NCBI RefSeq assembly: GCF_003918875.1 | Contig: NW_025767301.1 | Coordinates: forward strand, 2,790,001-2,854,000 | Source: Haliotis rubra | Lineage: Eukaryota | Reading direction: 5' to 3' | Length of the DNA: 64,000 nucleotides | Part shown: one piece after another, positions 50,601 through 62,899 of the stretch | How the letters are laid out: every line of letters begins with the position of its first letter | Numbering within the stretch: position 1 is the stretch's first letter | The notes under the pieces: model-generated | Told to the model about the DNA's origin: nothing | The model's input: the letters and a program-made list of their open reading frames with translations, nothing else | Databases searched by the model: none | Translations under genes and position numbers: made by a program

Positions 50601-51300
50601 TCTTGACCGACCCACTAAGACCGTCTTGTCGAAGCTGCGGTCACCTTTCCTCCGTACGTGCGTAGTGGAATGTTTGATTGAAAAATATTGAAATTCATTA
50701 CAGTATCCGTTGACAGCGGCGAAAGGCCCTATCGGCGCGGTCAATTGATGGTACCAGCTAACAAGAGGCCAGGGCGCAATTTGATACGAATACGGTATTA
50801 ATATTAGACTGTGTTCGCCGGTCTAACAAAGATGTCCGTGACCATACCGGATCAAAGTCACGACTTCTAACGTCTAAATCAGTTACATCAGGATTTTACA
50901 GTCTCGGAGTTCATAAATACGGCCGCCAATTTAGATTTTGATTGCAAGTTGCGAGCACTTTGATTATAGAGAAACATCCGCTTGAAAGCTTTGATTGAAT
51001 TTTGAAAATCCGCAAGTGGAATTGACAATTTCTCCACTGGATTTGTTTTTGCGTTTGGGTCCAGATAAGTAAAAGTGATTGTTTGTCTACAAGTTTCACT
51101 AAAAGTTGGATAAAATAGTCTGGGGTTAATAATATGTCATTTAACCTGGGTAATTTATAACCCGTTTCTTTTGACTTCGGTCTTTTCGCGATGCCAGTTA
51201 AGGTGCTCAGATTTACTGCATTCAAGAATGGTCGAAACTTGAATGAATAATGGAAGTTAATTTATAGCGTGTGTCTCTTTTGAATTTGGGAGTTAGATAT
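50600..51300 (-). mobile_element. Decayed Naiad-type RT copy
   Basis: ORF 50911 VNLSTL..FIQLLVKLVDK; TVFVSN. Confidence 0.45.
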
Positions 51301-51399
51301 GATTTGCTTGTGAATAATTTTCAAATATGTAAGGTTATTTTGTTAGCCTAGAATTAGTAGCTGAAAACATTTTATAGCTTTTAACGGAAATCAGCGACG

Positions 51400-52000
51400 A
51401 GACAGCGAGTAATATGCAGAGAATGCACTCTTCTTGTGTTGTGAACATTCAAGATCTGATATGGATGTTGACTTTCTTTAAACGTTTCTTCGAAAGCCTT
51501 TCAACACGTTTTATAGTCACTATGAAGAGTACATTTCCAAATTTATACTGATCAGAGACCGAAATGAGGTAGAGTTAAATACTTTATTTTAACTTGTACT
51601 TGCCCTGTGGGTTTTGGTTTGATAAATAGTTGACTTGCCTTTGTGTGTGTTTGTGGTGAGTGTAGGATGCGAACACCTTTTCACGAACAGCTGGCTACAT
51701 ATCTTCCCTATTTGATAAGTGCACGTTTGCTCATAATAGAGGTGGGATCGTGCAAGGGACCATAGCAGAGATTTCCTATTATTAAGGAATTTTGCCCTCA
51801 TTTGCTGAAACCAAATTATTTGCTTGTTTGGGCGACATGAAACTGTCACAGTTCGGAGTTACATCCCTCAGGTATGCAAGAAATAGTTGCATTTTTGCCA
51901 ACACCATATCCGCACTGGGGTTTCACCGAAGTGGTTACTATCTGGCAACTGGATATTCTAGGGTCTACGATATTACAATTTCAATTAACATACCGATTAT
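51400..52000 (+). mobile_element. Decayed Naiad-type RT, C-terminal half
   Basis: DLIWMLTFF; ORF 51792 SQFGVTSLRYARNSC..RSGY. Confidence 0.6.
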
Positions 52001-52149
52001 GTCCATCTGTTTAACAATTTCTTGCATCAAATGCATATACTCAGCAATTTTAGTCAACAAATTCATACATTTGCGCCTAACCACACACACTCTCTACAAA
52101 ACGATGCGGTTGGTTATATAATCTATATCCGAATTTCTTAACAGACAAA

Positions 52150-52900
52150 AAATCCAAGGGCGATAAGCGAAACTTCAGAGCTAAATCACCTGCCTCCCTC
52201 TAAGGCAAGGGGTAAATACAGGCGAAGCCATCTACAGGTGGTAAGGCGCCTGACAAGCAGTGACTCAATTCAGTATAGAGGTCGCATTCCTCGCAAGTAA
52301 ATTGTTTGAACAGTCATATTTATTGCCCATATATATTTCATTATTGCGCTCAGAAAACATGGGCAGAAAATTGGCAAGATAAGGCCGAAATATAAGATCC
52401 CTTTGACAACAGTTCTGATGGAGCCATTTCGTGTGTTCACGTATCCGGTTGCGCCTGCGCAGTAGGAGATTGCGCGCAGTGTAAGATAAGACCGATAACG
52501 CAGGTGGATGGGGATATCAGTCCGCACGTGCTGGACTACATGCAGATAATTTGGTAATATTGTTTAATTGTTGTGAAATAGATATAAAATGCATTCAAAT
52601 GGGACAAAGTCTGATAAGATAATTGAAACATCGCTGATTTATATCCCTCCTTATCAAAATGGCGACAAGGAAGGCGTTGTAATGTGGTTTATTGGACAGC
52701 AGGTAACGCCGGGGCCACACATCTGGGGAGGTCGCGGAGAACTGCAAGTGTTGTGCAGCCACAGGAAATATTAAGACAGTAAGATCCCAGAATATATTTT
52801 CACACCCTGCGTCTTCATATAAAGTCAAGCTGAAGAGCTACACGTGTCCCATCATTGCCGTTATCAGCATGTAAGTATAAGGTGAAATAAATTCACATTC
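52150..52900 (+). mobile_element. Decayed Naiad-type RT N-terminal fragment
   Basis: APDK; ORF 52589 MHSNGTK..II..GVVMWFI. Confidence 0.5.
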
Positions 52901-53040
52901 CAATACCGGTAACCGCTAAAACAAGTCATTGACAAAACAAGAAAATGATTAATATAAGTTTGGTCTACCTGTAATGTTCGATACGGATTAGATTGGTACA
53001 TTTGAATGCACATCTATTATTCAAATGTTTATGATAAGAA

Positions 53041-53274
53041 TGAGTGAGTGAGTTACTTTAGTTTTACTCCGCACTGAGCAATATTCCAAGTATACGAAGG
53101 CGAGTCTGGACCAGATATTCCAGTGATCAACAGCATGAGCGTCGATCTACGCAACTGGGAGACGATGACATGTGTCAGCCAAGTCAGCGAGTCTGACCAT
53201 CCGACCCCGATAGTCGCCTCTTACGACAAGCATGGGTTACTGAAGATCAATTCTAACCCGGATCTTCACGGGTC
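53041..53274 (-). mobile_element. SINE family B, full length
   Basis: TSD TTATGATAAGAAT; 5' end GACCCGTGAAGATCC. Confidence 0.92.
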
Positions 53275-53679
53275 TTATGATAAGAATATAATTCCACAGA
53301 AATAACAGGGATTAGAAAGGCATATACAAAGGTGCCTGACACACAAAGTATCCTGAAGTTGGATTTGACCAAAAAACGTACAACGTTATCAAAAAGTTAC
53401 TAAAAATGTCTCCCAATTACAGCAAACCTCAGGTCCAAATACATACTATATCCGTATCCAATACATCACCATCGTGTAACTATTTCTTGTTTTGTATCAT
53501 TTAACCCAATGTATACTTGCTTTACCCGGCAGTTTATTAACGTATGCAACCAAATCTAAGCACGCAAGAAAAACTGGAATGAATAATTTAAATACGAACC
53601 AAATGATGCATATGATGAAACAACCAAAATAACTCAATTTGGTCAGATTGGAAAAATGAGAACATATCGACCGAGAAAT

Positions 53680-54400
53680 TGGGATTTAATTGTCACAAAA
53701 TAATATCAGGAACCAGCTCTGATATTCTGGAGAGAATGCCACAACCTGAATCGCTTAAGGCAGTCCAGTTCCTTAAGACAAAATAGCAAATCTTTGACTT
53801 CAAAGCAGCTCGTAATTACAAGGAAATGAGACTATTGGGTTTTCTATTAAGCCGATAGTGTAACAATATTGTGATTTTCCGCCGAGAGAGACAAATGAAT
53901 CCGAGCGAACATCAAATCATTAATTGAAACGCCATCTTTCGAGACAAAAGGTAATATCTAATACTGTCTTTATCCTAGAACTCTTCCAAACAAATACTTA
54001 ATGAGACGTTCCGAAACATATTTCTCACGGATCTATCGTTTTTCTGTTCTGAACTTAGCGTGCAGACTGACCATCAAGGGAACCAGACGACGCTGCAATG
54101 GTCAAGAATACTTCGCTGACCACTGGGAAGAATGAGCAGAAGAACTGAACATTGACTGGCGTGTCCATTGTCCATTTCAGTGTTTTGGAAATGAAATTCG
54201 GCTTTTGCCGCCTGAAACCGGTTTATGTTGGTAACGATTTGTCAATGGTTGATGGTTCATCACGAAGTACTACATCTTTCACGTCGTTATCAATGCAAAT
54301 ACCGATATAAAAACTAATTATTCATGATTATTTTCTTTGAAATAACGGAAACTGTTCCAAAGTTTGGCCATTTCATCACCGTGCTTCAGTTTGTTTACCT
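53680..54400 (+). mobile_element. Decayed Naiad-type RT core
   Basis: QIFDFK (~53788); RNIFL. Confidence 0.4.
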
Positions 54401-55292
54401 GTTACCAAGGAGACAGGTCTTGAAATAACTTTCATATCCGCACTGACTGGCATGTAATTGCATCATTTCTGTTTAATCCAAATCATTAGAAAGAGAAAGA
54501 AAGTACTTATCATGCATCAATTACCATTTCTTTAGAACAGAGCAGGAAGTCATATAAATGAATGTACATATTACCAGAGACTTTCTAAACCATCATCATG
54601 AATGATATAAATCTTCTCCTATCCATTTTGATTGGCAAATGGATCCAGGTGTGCAGTTAACAAACTTACAGAAACTAACCACAGACATGAGTCAAGTACA
54701 TAAACCGAAAAAAAAGTTACGGATTATGGACATTTTTAAATATATCTTTATGAAATTTTGTGCTTTGTCTTCACTATAAAAACATCCTCAAAATGATCCT
54801 TTACTTTCTGAATTTTGTGCAGTATATAACGATGCTATTTCTGTCATTCTTGGTGGAACATTTATGCTAATCTCACAGTGGCATTCCAGATTGTGTCATT
54901 TTATGCTTTTTTTGTCGTTTAAAATTTGTTTGAAGGCCGCCATTGATAAATCGAAGCTGGACCAGACAATCCATTGATTGATATTATGAACTCCAGCTGA
55001 GCATTATTATACGTAATCAACCGAACGCTGACCTCTACACCCGTTGGTCGCCTGATACGAGCAACATATAGTTTGCTGGCGACCATTGTATAAATAGAGG
55101 AGGGAAGGAGGAGGTGGTCTAGTCAGCTAAACGTTTGCCCGTCACGTCTAAAATACAGGTTGGATTCTCAAGATAGCTAGAACGATTGAACCACAACCGT
55201 CGTGCTGGAATATTGATATTTTAACGTAAAACAATACTCACTCATAGGATTGGTCGTTTCTAAAGATGTCAGACATTGTGTACACAAACTTT

Positions 55293-55491
55293 TAGACTAA
55301 CTCTTAGCCGCTGAATATATATATATATGATTTTGATAGAATTAAACAATTCATATTAGATTGAAAAGAAGACCCAGTGAGATGGGAGATTCTGAACCTG
55401 ATGAAATCTTGACTTCATTCAGGGCTTGAGCATTGCAGGAGGGCAAGGCAGATGGGGAAATAATGCGGTTCAGGGACTGTGAGACAGTCTA
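55293..55491 (+). repeat. Dispersed repeat family C copy
   Basis: Aligns to 12027-12228, ending GGTTCAGGGACTGTGAGACAGTCTA. Confidence 0.8.
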
Positions 55492-55799
55492 ACAAACTTG
55501 GTATAGGCTGGATATTGCTGACAGCAGTAAAACACATTTTCACTCATTTTGTGTGAAATCGCCTACCGAAAACCACTGCTCGCCAACATGTAAACCACAG
55601 AAGTTCTGTATTCACATGTTTCAATGTAGGAAAAAGCCTACACGTAGATATAAATAAATTAGATTAACTCACACATACATGTGAATACAGTTCTTGAATA
55701 TAAAAGTTGCTTCCCCTTGATACCAGGATCCGCAGTCCCTTGATATCATGGAACAGAAAGAAATGTATATTTCAAAAATCGAATTAAGAGTAAGCTGTA

Positions 55800-56300
55800 A
55801 GGGTATTGACAGTTAAAATGAAATATGTTTCCACAACAGGCATACACCGTGGGCTCTAAATCCCAATTTGATCAGACATTCTATGCTAGGAAAAGTGCCT
55901 CTAAATTCTCTTAGGTCAACTATGTATTGCTCAATGTTGTCACCGTTTTAGTATGTATTGAAATAGCTCATTACATCTGGATAATAAATTATATCTATAT
56001 TAAATTTAGGGATACCCTACTATCACTCACTTTACATTAATTTTCAAAGATTTTCATATGACGTAATTTTTATCGTATTTTACACATTTCTGATTTCCAA
56101 TATTTAATTTACGTACAGTCATTAGAAATGCAAGCACGTATTTTGAGTGAGTGGTTTCAATTGTCTGATATTTCACTTCTCTAAGGTTAAGTTACAGACG
56201 CGTTTCATCAAATATCATGTGTTTCCCTTATAATTTGGGTATTAAGACAACGTAGCTATTACCACTGACACTTTCTTCCAAACGGCTTTGATCAATAGTC
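55800..56300 (+). mobile_element. Decayed Naiad-type RT fragment
   Basis: WIINYIYIKFRD (55978) ~ FLIDNIYIKFGD. Confidence 0.55.
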
Positions 56301-57050
56301 AAATCAAAACCGGCAATTGTTACACGTGCAATTAAAACAAAATCGAAAGCGAAAAATTGAAGTTTTTCTCGACATCTTATTGTCGACAAACGTTAGAACC
56401 TTGACAAGTTTGGCTGTTGGTTGTGAAACTGCTTGGACAAGAAGAGAAGTTTTAATTAAAGTAAAAAAATTGTTAATAGATTTGAACCTCGTTTAACCAT
56501 ATTCAATATCCCTATAAATCTCATATTTCGTTATCAGTTTACAATCGTGATGTTTCTTAAAACACTTTTTAAATGTCCTGTGTGGTTGATCAGGAGGCTG
56601 TTTAAGCTCGTGAGAACCTTCCAGGTGTATCGGGTGTTGCCTACAATACTATAAAATTGCTTTGATTTTAACGAGGCACAGAATCCAATGTTCGTGACTT
56701 TCTGACCAAAGCAGAAAGCTCCAGAGCATTCTGCAACAAACGACAGTTGTGATCTCTTGAAAAATTAATTCATTAACCCTTACACCAGTTTTATGCAAAC
56801 AAATAGATTTCTTATGAATTGTATACCCTCTTTGTAACCAGACAGCGTTATCGCCGCTATGTTTTGAGATCTCGATAACAGGCTCCTTCTCCATAATGAG
56901 CACGTTTTATTGTAAATCTCAGAAAACGATCTGAAAAATATCTTTAGGAAGGGTTACTGCAAGGAACTATATTGATCCCGTTACTGTTAGTGTTAATGTG
57001 ATAAAATCTTATATCCTCCAATGTCCGTAATGATTTACAAATGGCTTTAT
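56300..57050 (-). mobile_element. Decayed Naiad-type RT fragment
   Basis: ORF 56649..56903 HSGDNAVWLQ ~ RSGVNQMWIL; KHHD..KYE. Confidence 0.5.
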
Positions 57051-57099
57051 ATTGAAACGTAGTCGGTGCTTAGTTATTGACCAATTTTCTAGAAATGTA

Positions 57100-57500
57100 C
57101 GCATGTATGCGAGTCAAAAAGCTTTCAAATCAAGACCTGGCATTTACTCAATAATGCCCCCAGGCACCTTACATCGCTGTACATCACAAGCTGTAAAATA
57201 AGCATTACAGAATTCACGGGAATTGATAATTAAATGCTAAACAATTTGACTGCACGACCTGAGACAAATGGTTATATTTTTAAATTAAGTCTTAATAAAC
57301 GTATTCTGTAAATGTACCCTTTTCCCAGAAACTTGATTTTCTTCAGGTTTCTTTCTAACAGTGGCTATGCAATAAAGGTAACCATCATTTCCTTTAAAGA
57401 CTGAAACATTTCTATATCAAACATACGAGATTACCTGACAGTATGACCGATGTTAGTCATCAAAAGCAGATATAAATTCCGTTAATCAGAAAGAATATAC
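57100..57500 (+). mobile_element. Decayed Naiad-type RT fragment
   Basis: IKTW, TSLYIT, RELIIKC. Confidence 0.5.
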
Positions 57501-58124
57501 AAAAACAAACACAAACAAAAATAAGTAAACAATATTAATTAGCTAAAATAGAATTTTAGGTGAATATGTAAGTGATTATTCCGCATGCACATCAACACTT
57601 AATGTATTTTTTAACTAAAATTTGTGCACAGCAACCACGCCAAGAGAAGTCTTTCAAATGAAATTATGCATTATAGCACAGTGCTGAAGGTGTGCGGATA
57701 CCATTTGGATGTGATGTCCACCATGACATTGTATAGGGTTGATAACTAAACATACCATGCATGAATCACACTAAAGTACTGTCGGAAATAGAAAAACCTG
57801 TTTTTAGGCTGTTACTCTGTATCCCTAAAATTTACACAATTGCAGATAGCATATGTCGAAATAACCCACTTCGGCCTAACTGGCGTTCAGTGGGATGCGT
57901 AACAGGATATCCAGAAAAGCACGTTTAATCGTAAAATCGGGTAAGACTTAGAAAAAATACGAATGGCTGCTGAAAACAATAGATCAGACTATAGATGGCA
58001 ATTAGGTCGTTCAGCCAGGTATGACGAAGGACCGTTGACTCAACTGGCATGAAATGCATGTGCTTCTTACAGGCACAAGGGGTCATCTCAAAGATATTTT
58101 ATGCTTTTTTATGCGTGTTGAATA

Positions 58125-58193
58125 GTGAGTGAGTTTAATTTTACGCCGCACTCAGCAATATTCCAGCTATATGGCGGAGGACCTTCACGGGTC
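58125..58193 (-). mobile_element. SINE family B, internally deleted (head fused to tail)
   Basis: Tail joined directly to CCTTCACGGGTC; TSD G(C/T)GTGTTGAATA. Confidence 0.8.
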
Positions 58194-58279
58194 TGTGTGT
58201 TGAATATGTTTCATCTATTGATTAACATCTTACGTGTCTTTCTTTCATACAGTTTATGTTGTGATATGTAAAAGAGTAT

Positions 58280-58800
58280 GATACCCATAGAAAAACTTAT
58301 ATCAGCCATCATATGAAATGTCACAATATGGCATGACCACCAAAAGATCGACAGGATTGGATATTATTTGTAAATTGTTATGACATGCCGTTTTCTTTCC
58401 CAGTTTAATTCGCCTTAAGGATTATTTTATCTTAGCTGATATCTCTATTCCCCCAGCCCGACCTCAAACACCGTCTGCGACACCCGCCCGTATCCAGACT
58501 TTGCTCTGCCTTCGCATGTGGACAGACAGTACAGTTTTCACGGTGTATTTTACTCGATTATCCCTGTGCAAAGAGAACCTTCGGGAATGGCAATTCCCAT
58601 AATGCATGTATCCGGACTCTATACGTTTACAGAGATGGAAACTATAGCCACCTTCCTTTGAGGTGTTGATGAACCAGAGCGTTTTCTCGACATACGCCAA
58701 ACAAATGGTATTCAAGGTTTTGAAGTTGCCCTCTTCGCATCCAACATAATTTGACCCTTTGATGTGTCATCCAATTTCATCGTCTATATTGTCCACAGTT
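58280..58800 (-). mobile_element. Decayed Naiad-type RT core
   Basis: ORF 58464..58715 LWFINTSKE..KYT..SKVWIRAGVADG. Confidence 0.55.
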
Positions 58801-59588
58801 ATACTTGATCTTGACGTTAGTGCTGTAAGTCATGTTATGTGATTCATTGAATCAATGAACCTGACATAAAGTGTTTGAAACTTTTTTTATACCTGTTACT
58901 CGCGTTGTCTTCTACATGACGATTGTTGCCCAATGTATGTGGTCTCATTTCCAAAGTTGTAATTTAAGACTTCAATGAAACGCATGCGATAGGGGAAGTG
59001 TACGGTATTTGCCACTGATCATTACTCAAGTGTATTTACAGACTGGTTATTTCCCATGATTTCGACCGAACCGTGTAGAAATAAACGGTGATGTGAACCG
59101 AACACCTTTGTTGTGGAAAACATACTGGTTGGAATACATGCTCAAAATTGCGCAGGCAGTTTTTGGACACAGACTGTCAAAATTTGTGACATACACTCAT
59201 GAAGACAGTTAAATGAACACAGGGACATCCATCCATGTACATAAAACACACATACGAACACAGTGACATACACTGATGTAGTTAAAGACACTCATATGAA
59301 CACAGAAACATGCGCTGATGTAATTAAATACATGTATGTGAACACGGGGACATCCACCACTGTTTGTTTGATGTTTAACGCCACATTCAGCAAGGTTGCT
59401 GCTCTATTACGGCGGTCTTTGAATAATGGTCAGTCCATAGTGGACAATCCACTGATTGACATCTTGAGCTCCGAAACGTCGTGTAAAGCATAAAAAGAAG
59501 TTGTTATCCATAAAAGTGTCATGTATTCATGTTCGTCCAACTTCTAAATGCCTTTCAAAAACTTCAAGCATGTGTTGTTGAAGGTCAG

Positions 59589-59704
59589 GGACTCCTTTCA
59601 CCAAGCAACCTTTACTAAGGTTGACCTTAACTCCCATTCTTTAACATTGCACTGAGGTTACCTTAGTGACTTACGATCACCTTAGTGCTTTGTGAAAGGA
59701 GGCC
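59589..59704. mobile_element. PIF/Harbinger-like MITE
   Basis: TIR CTCCTTTCAC / GTGAAAGGAG, with CAG on both flanks. Confidence 0.7.
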
Positions 59705-59899
59705 CAGTTCTAACCTTGAATGTCACCAAACAATATAGATTGAAACATCCTGGAACACAATGATTGGGTAACCCCATAGGACCTCACTTTTATGATGGAA
59801 ATGATGAACAGAGAGGAATGCGGTCATGGGCACTAGTTGCTAGAGAAGCCTGTGCTTGGATGTGTCGTGACAGATGTCGTGCACATCACTATCAGGGAT

Positions 59900-60880
59900 C
59901 ACTCAATAAACATCATTTCTTAGTGAGGATAGCAGCAACTGAATGCATTTACGCGACCTCAGCGTCAAAGACGATAGAATTGTGCAGATGCACAGGCATG
60001 CTTGAAACTTGGTCTACGTAACGTAATGTTGCAAAGGTCTTTGTGCCAGACAGTGAGTGAGTGAGTGAGTTTAGTTTTACGCCGCACTCAGCAATATTCC
60101 AGCTATATGGCGGCGGTTTGTAAATAATGGAGTCTGGACCGAGAAATCCAGTGATCAACAACATGAGCATCGATCTGCGCAATTGGGAACCGATGACATG
60201 TGTCAACCAAGTCAGCGAGTCTGACCACCCGATCCCGTTAGGCGCCTCTTACGACAAACATGGGTTACTGAAGATCAATATTCTAACCCGGGCCTTCACG
60301 GGTTGTTCCAGACAGAGTATCAAAGCAGCAGGGCATGGAATTTATAACGTTCGTACCCATCGACATGCAGATGGTCGACAGCGTTCTGTCACACAGGTAG
60401 ACATGTTTCTCCTGATTGCAGCAAGACGTCATCACTTCTTGACTGCCACAAACCGTCGAAATGGCCTGCGGGAGGCCAGTGACATGAACGTTTCTACTCA
60501 GACGCAGTGTAATCGTCTACGTGAGGCACGTCTGCGGTCCGGTTACTGATGAATGGTGATACCGTCTCCACCAGATCAAGACTTCGGAGAAAGAAGTACC
60601 CGAATGGGACACAGACAAGGACTCTAACGCAGTCGAACATCTTCACTATTGAGGGGTCTCAATCATGGTTTTGGGTGGGATCGGTAGAGCTGGAAGAACC
60701 GATCCTTGTATTCCACAGCGGAGCACAAGACACGGTTTTGCAACAGCAGGTTATGGACCATATCCTGGTGCAATCGGACCATATTGCACGTACGTACGGA
60801 CCATAACGTACGTACGACCTGATCGTGCATGACACGCGCGCGTCGCGTGGATTACTCAGAGTTGTAAGTTGTTTTTCCGA
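59900..60880 (+). mobile_element. Tc1/mariner transposase pseudogene interrupted by a SINE
   Basis: GMLETWST*RNVAKVF, then the SINE, then GRQRSVTQ..ARRHHFLTAT..VSTQTQCNRLREARLRS, SIMVLGGIGRAGRTD and VHDTRA. Confidence 0.85.
60054..60303 (-). mobile_element. SINE family B, full length, nested in the Tc1 relic
   Basis: TSD TTGT(G/T)CCAGACAG. Confidence 0.92.
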
Positions 60881-61037
60881 TGAATTTTCGCGGATGAACA
60901 TGAAGACTCCAGCTGATGTAGAAAGCGACACACACTGATGTACATAGTGACACACGCCTTTAGATAAATGTAGACACTAATGTAGATGGACATACACACT
61001 AAACTACTTTTGCATAGGGCGTTGATTGATTATCTCT

Positions 61038-61038
<1 letters not shown>

Positions 61039-61079
<41 letters not shown>
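61039..61079. repeat. (CA)n microsatellite
   Basis: CA run. Confidence 0.95.
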
Positions 61080-61259
61080 TGATGACTTCATCTAAAGTCA
61101 TTAGAATTATTTTCCCCAATATAACCCTCTTTCTCGCTGATTCATTTTAGTCAAGAACTTAAGAGGGTGTTGGTTCGAATCCCGGTGGGTTCGAATCTGT
61201 ACTTTACTGAGAAAGTGTAATCCCAAATATAACATATGTAACTTAAGAGGGATTTTCTA

Positions 61260-61900
61260 CCATTTAAGTTCTCTTCGCCATCCAGAAACATTCCGATTGG
61301 AGATCCATTCAGTGTTTGGAACAGAAGAATAAGGTGGATTCTGAAGGACGTGAAAGTCCTACTCGTGGATTATATAACTATGGCAATAACTAATTTGTTC
61401 ACTAATGCATTGTGCGCATTGATTACGGGTATTTTCACCCTAGATAATACTCTCTTAGTAAATTCAGTTTAATTTGCTATCACAGAAGGCGCCACAGACT
61501 ATTCCTGATGATGCCAAATGTGTGCACAGTTATTATGGTTGTTTAGTTCCAAACTCGGAGGGTGTATCCATATTCATACAACGTTACAAAAACCTCTCTG
61601 GATCAGGTTCAAACAGAGGCAGATTATCATCAGAGATGTTGATCCTAAAATACAATCTTGGAGGTAATTAAACAAACTTTTCCCTTGTGTTGTACTCAAA
61701 TCTTCATGCTTGCAATTGGCTTTTGGTGTTAAGGCCTTCTTCTGCAAGTACTTGATTACAACACGTTCCTCGTGTTTGTGCATTTTCCAAAGGTCACTCA
61801 ACCCTGCTTATTGCACTTATTGCACTGATTCAACTGACTCAAGATCTTATGGATAAATCTCTGTTATGTGTCCACAGCATGTGTGCAATATCATTCGATT
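61260..61900 (+). mobile_element. Decayed Naiad-type RT, C-terminal half
   Basis: NIPIGDP (61287), IPDD, GRLSS, NFSLV, AFGV, QVLDY. Confidence 0.6.
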
Positions 61901-62039
61901 CCTACTATGCTCAGAACATATCAATCAATCCGTATATAAGGTTGTAGAGTCAAATATACAAGTCGTGAAATCTGAAACAGTTCTTTGTGGCCATTATTTA
62001 TGTTCCTAAATGTAAAATAAACTGATAATAATTACATCA

Positions 62040-62700
62040 GTTAGTAACAACTTGTTGTTGTGATCAAGTCAAGAGCGTTTGATAAAATAGAAACACAGAA
62101 TCGCATCGTGTAGCTGTCGTATAGCGGGATTGTCTTGGCATAAGGGACAGGGATAGTAAAGACATGTGCACGAACACTGGAACACTGGGAGCATTGTTCC
62201 AAAACTACGTCTTGCGTTAATTGTGGCTTTTAAATACATGCAAGCACCAAGCATTTTTCTTGACGTGAACTATTATTGACTCATGTGTTTACATACCGAC
62301 TGGAACTACTTTTTATCAAACAGTCGATTAAGTATGTGTGATCGTCCTATATATCTCGAATACATCAGCCAGGTGTTGTGGACTTCGTGCAGCACGGAGC
62401 ATTGCCACATCACTGGAAACAAAAGGAAAACCCAAACACATTACAAACAGATGTGGTAGTAATTGTTCACACAATACCGCTCTACCGTCCACACTTGTCA
62501 AATTCCACACCCTGCTATTTTAAAGCGCTTTTTTCTTCTCCAGTTTCAAACTACAAAACTTTGTAGAATCAAAAGATTTATAACAAGCTATGATATAGGG
62601 CAGTCATATTGGTTGTGAAAAATCTAAATGAGAAGGCTGATTATACAGGTGATAATATAATCAGCGAATATACGTTCAAATGAAGTATGATGAGTAATTG
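62040..62700 (-). mobile_element. Decayed Naiad-type RT core
   Basis: ORF 62328 W...ADVFEIYRTITH; ORF 62069 SFGTMLPVFQ. Confidence 0.6.
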
Positions 62701-62899
62701 CTAAGCAGAACCTAACAGAATTATATTCTGCCACCTCTTTACAGTATTGTCGTCATTTCAACGATATTTATGTGAGCCAACGTGTAATAAAATGATAAAG
62801 AAACCAAGAACAGGATATCCTGGTTATCTGTTTCACTGGCCATTCCAAATATACACGTTAAGAATTATTTTGAATAAATAGACATTATTCTTCTATTTA

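Noticed and set aside
51548-51564. Hammerhead-like CTGATCAGAGACCGAAA
   Set aside because: It lacks the CUGANGA core and supporting stems. Naiad-type PLEs are not expected to carry canonical hammerheads.
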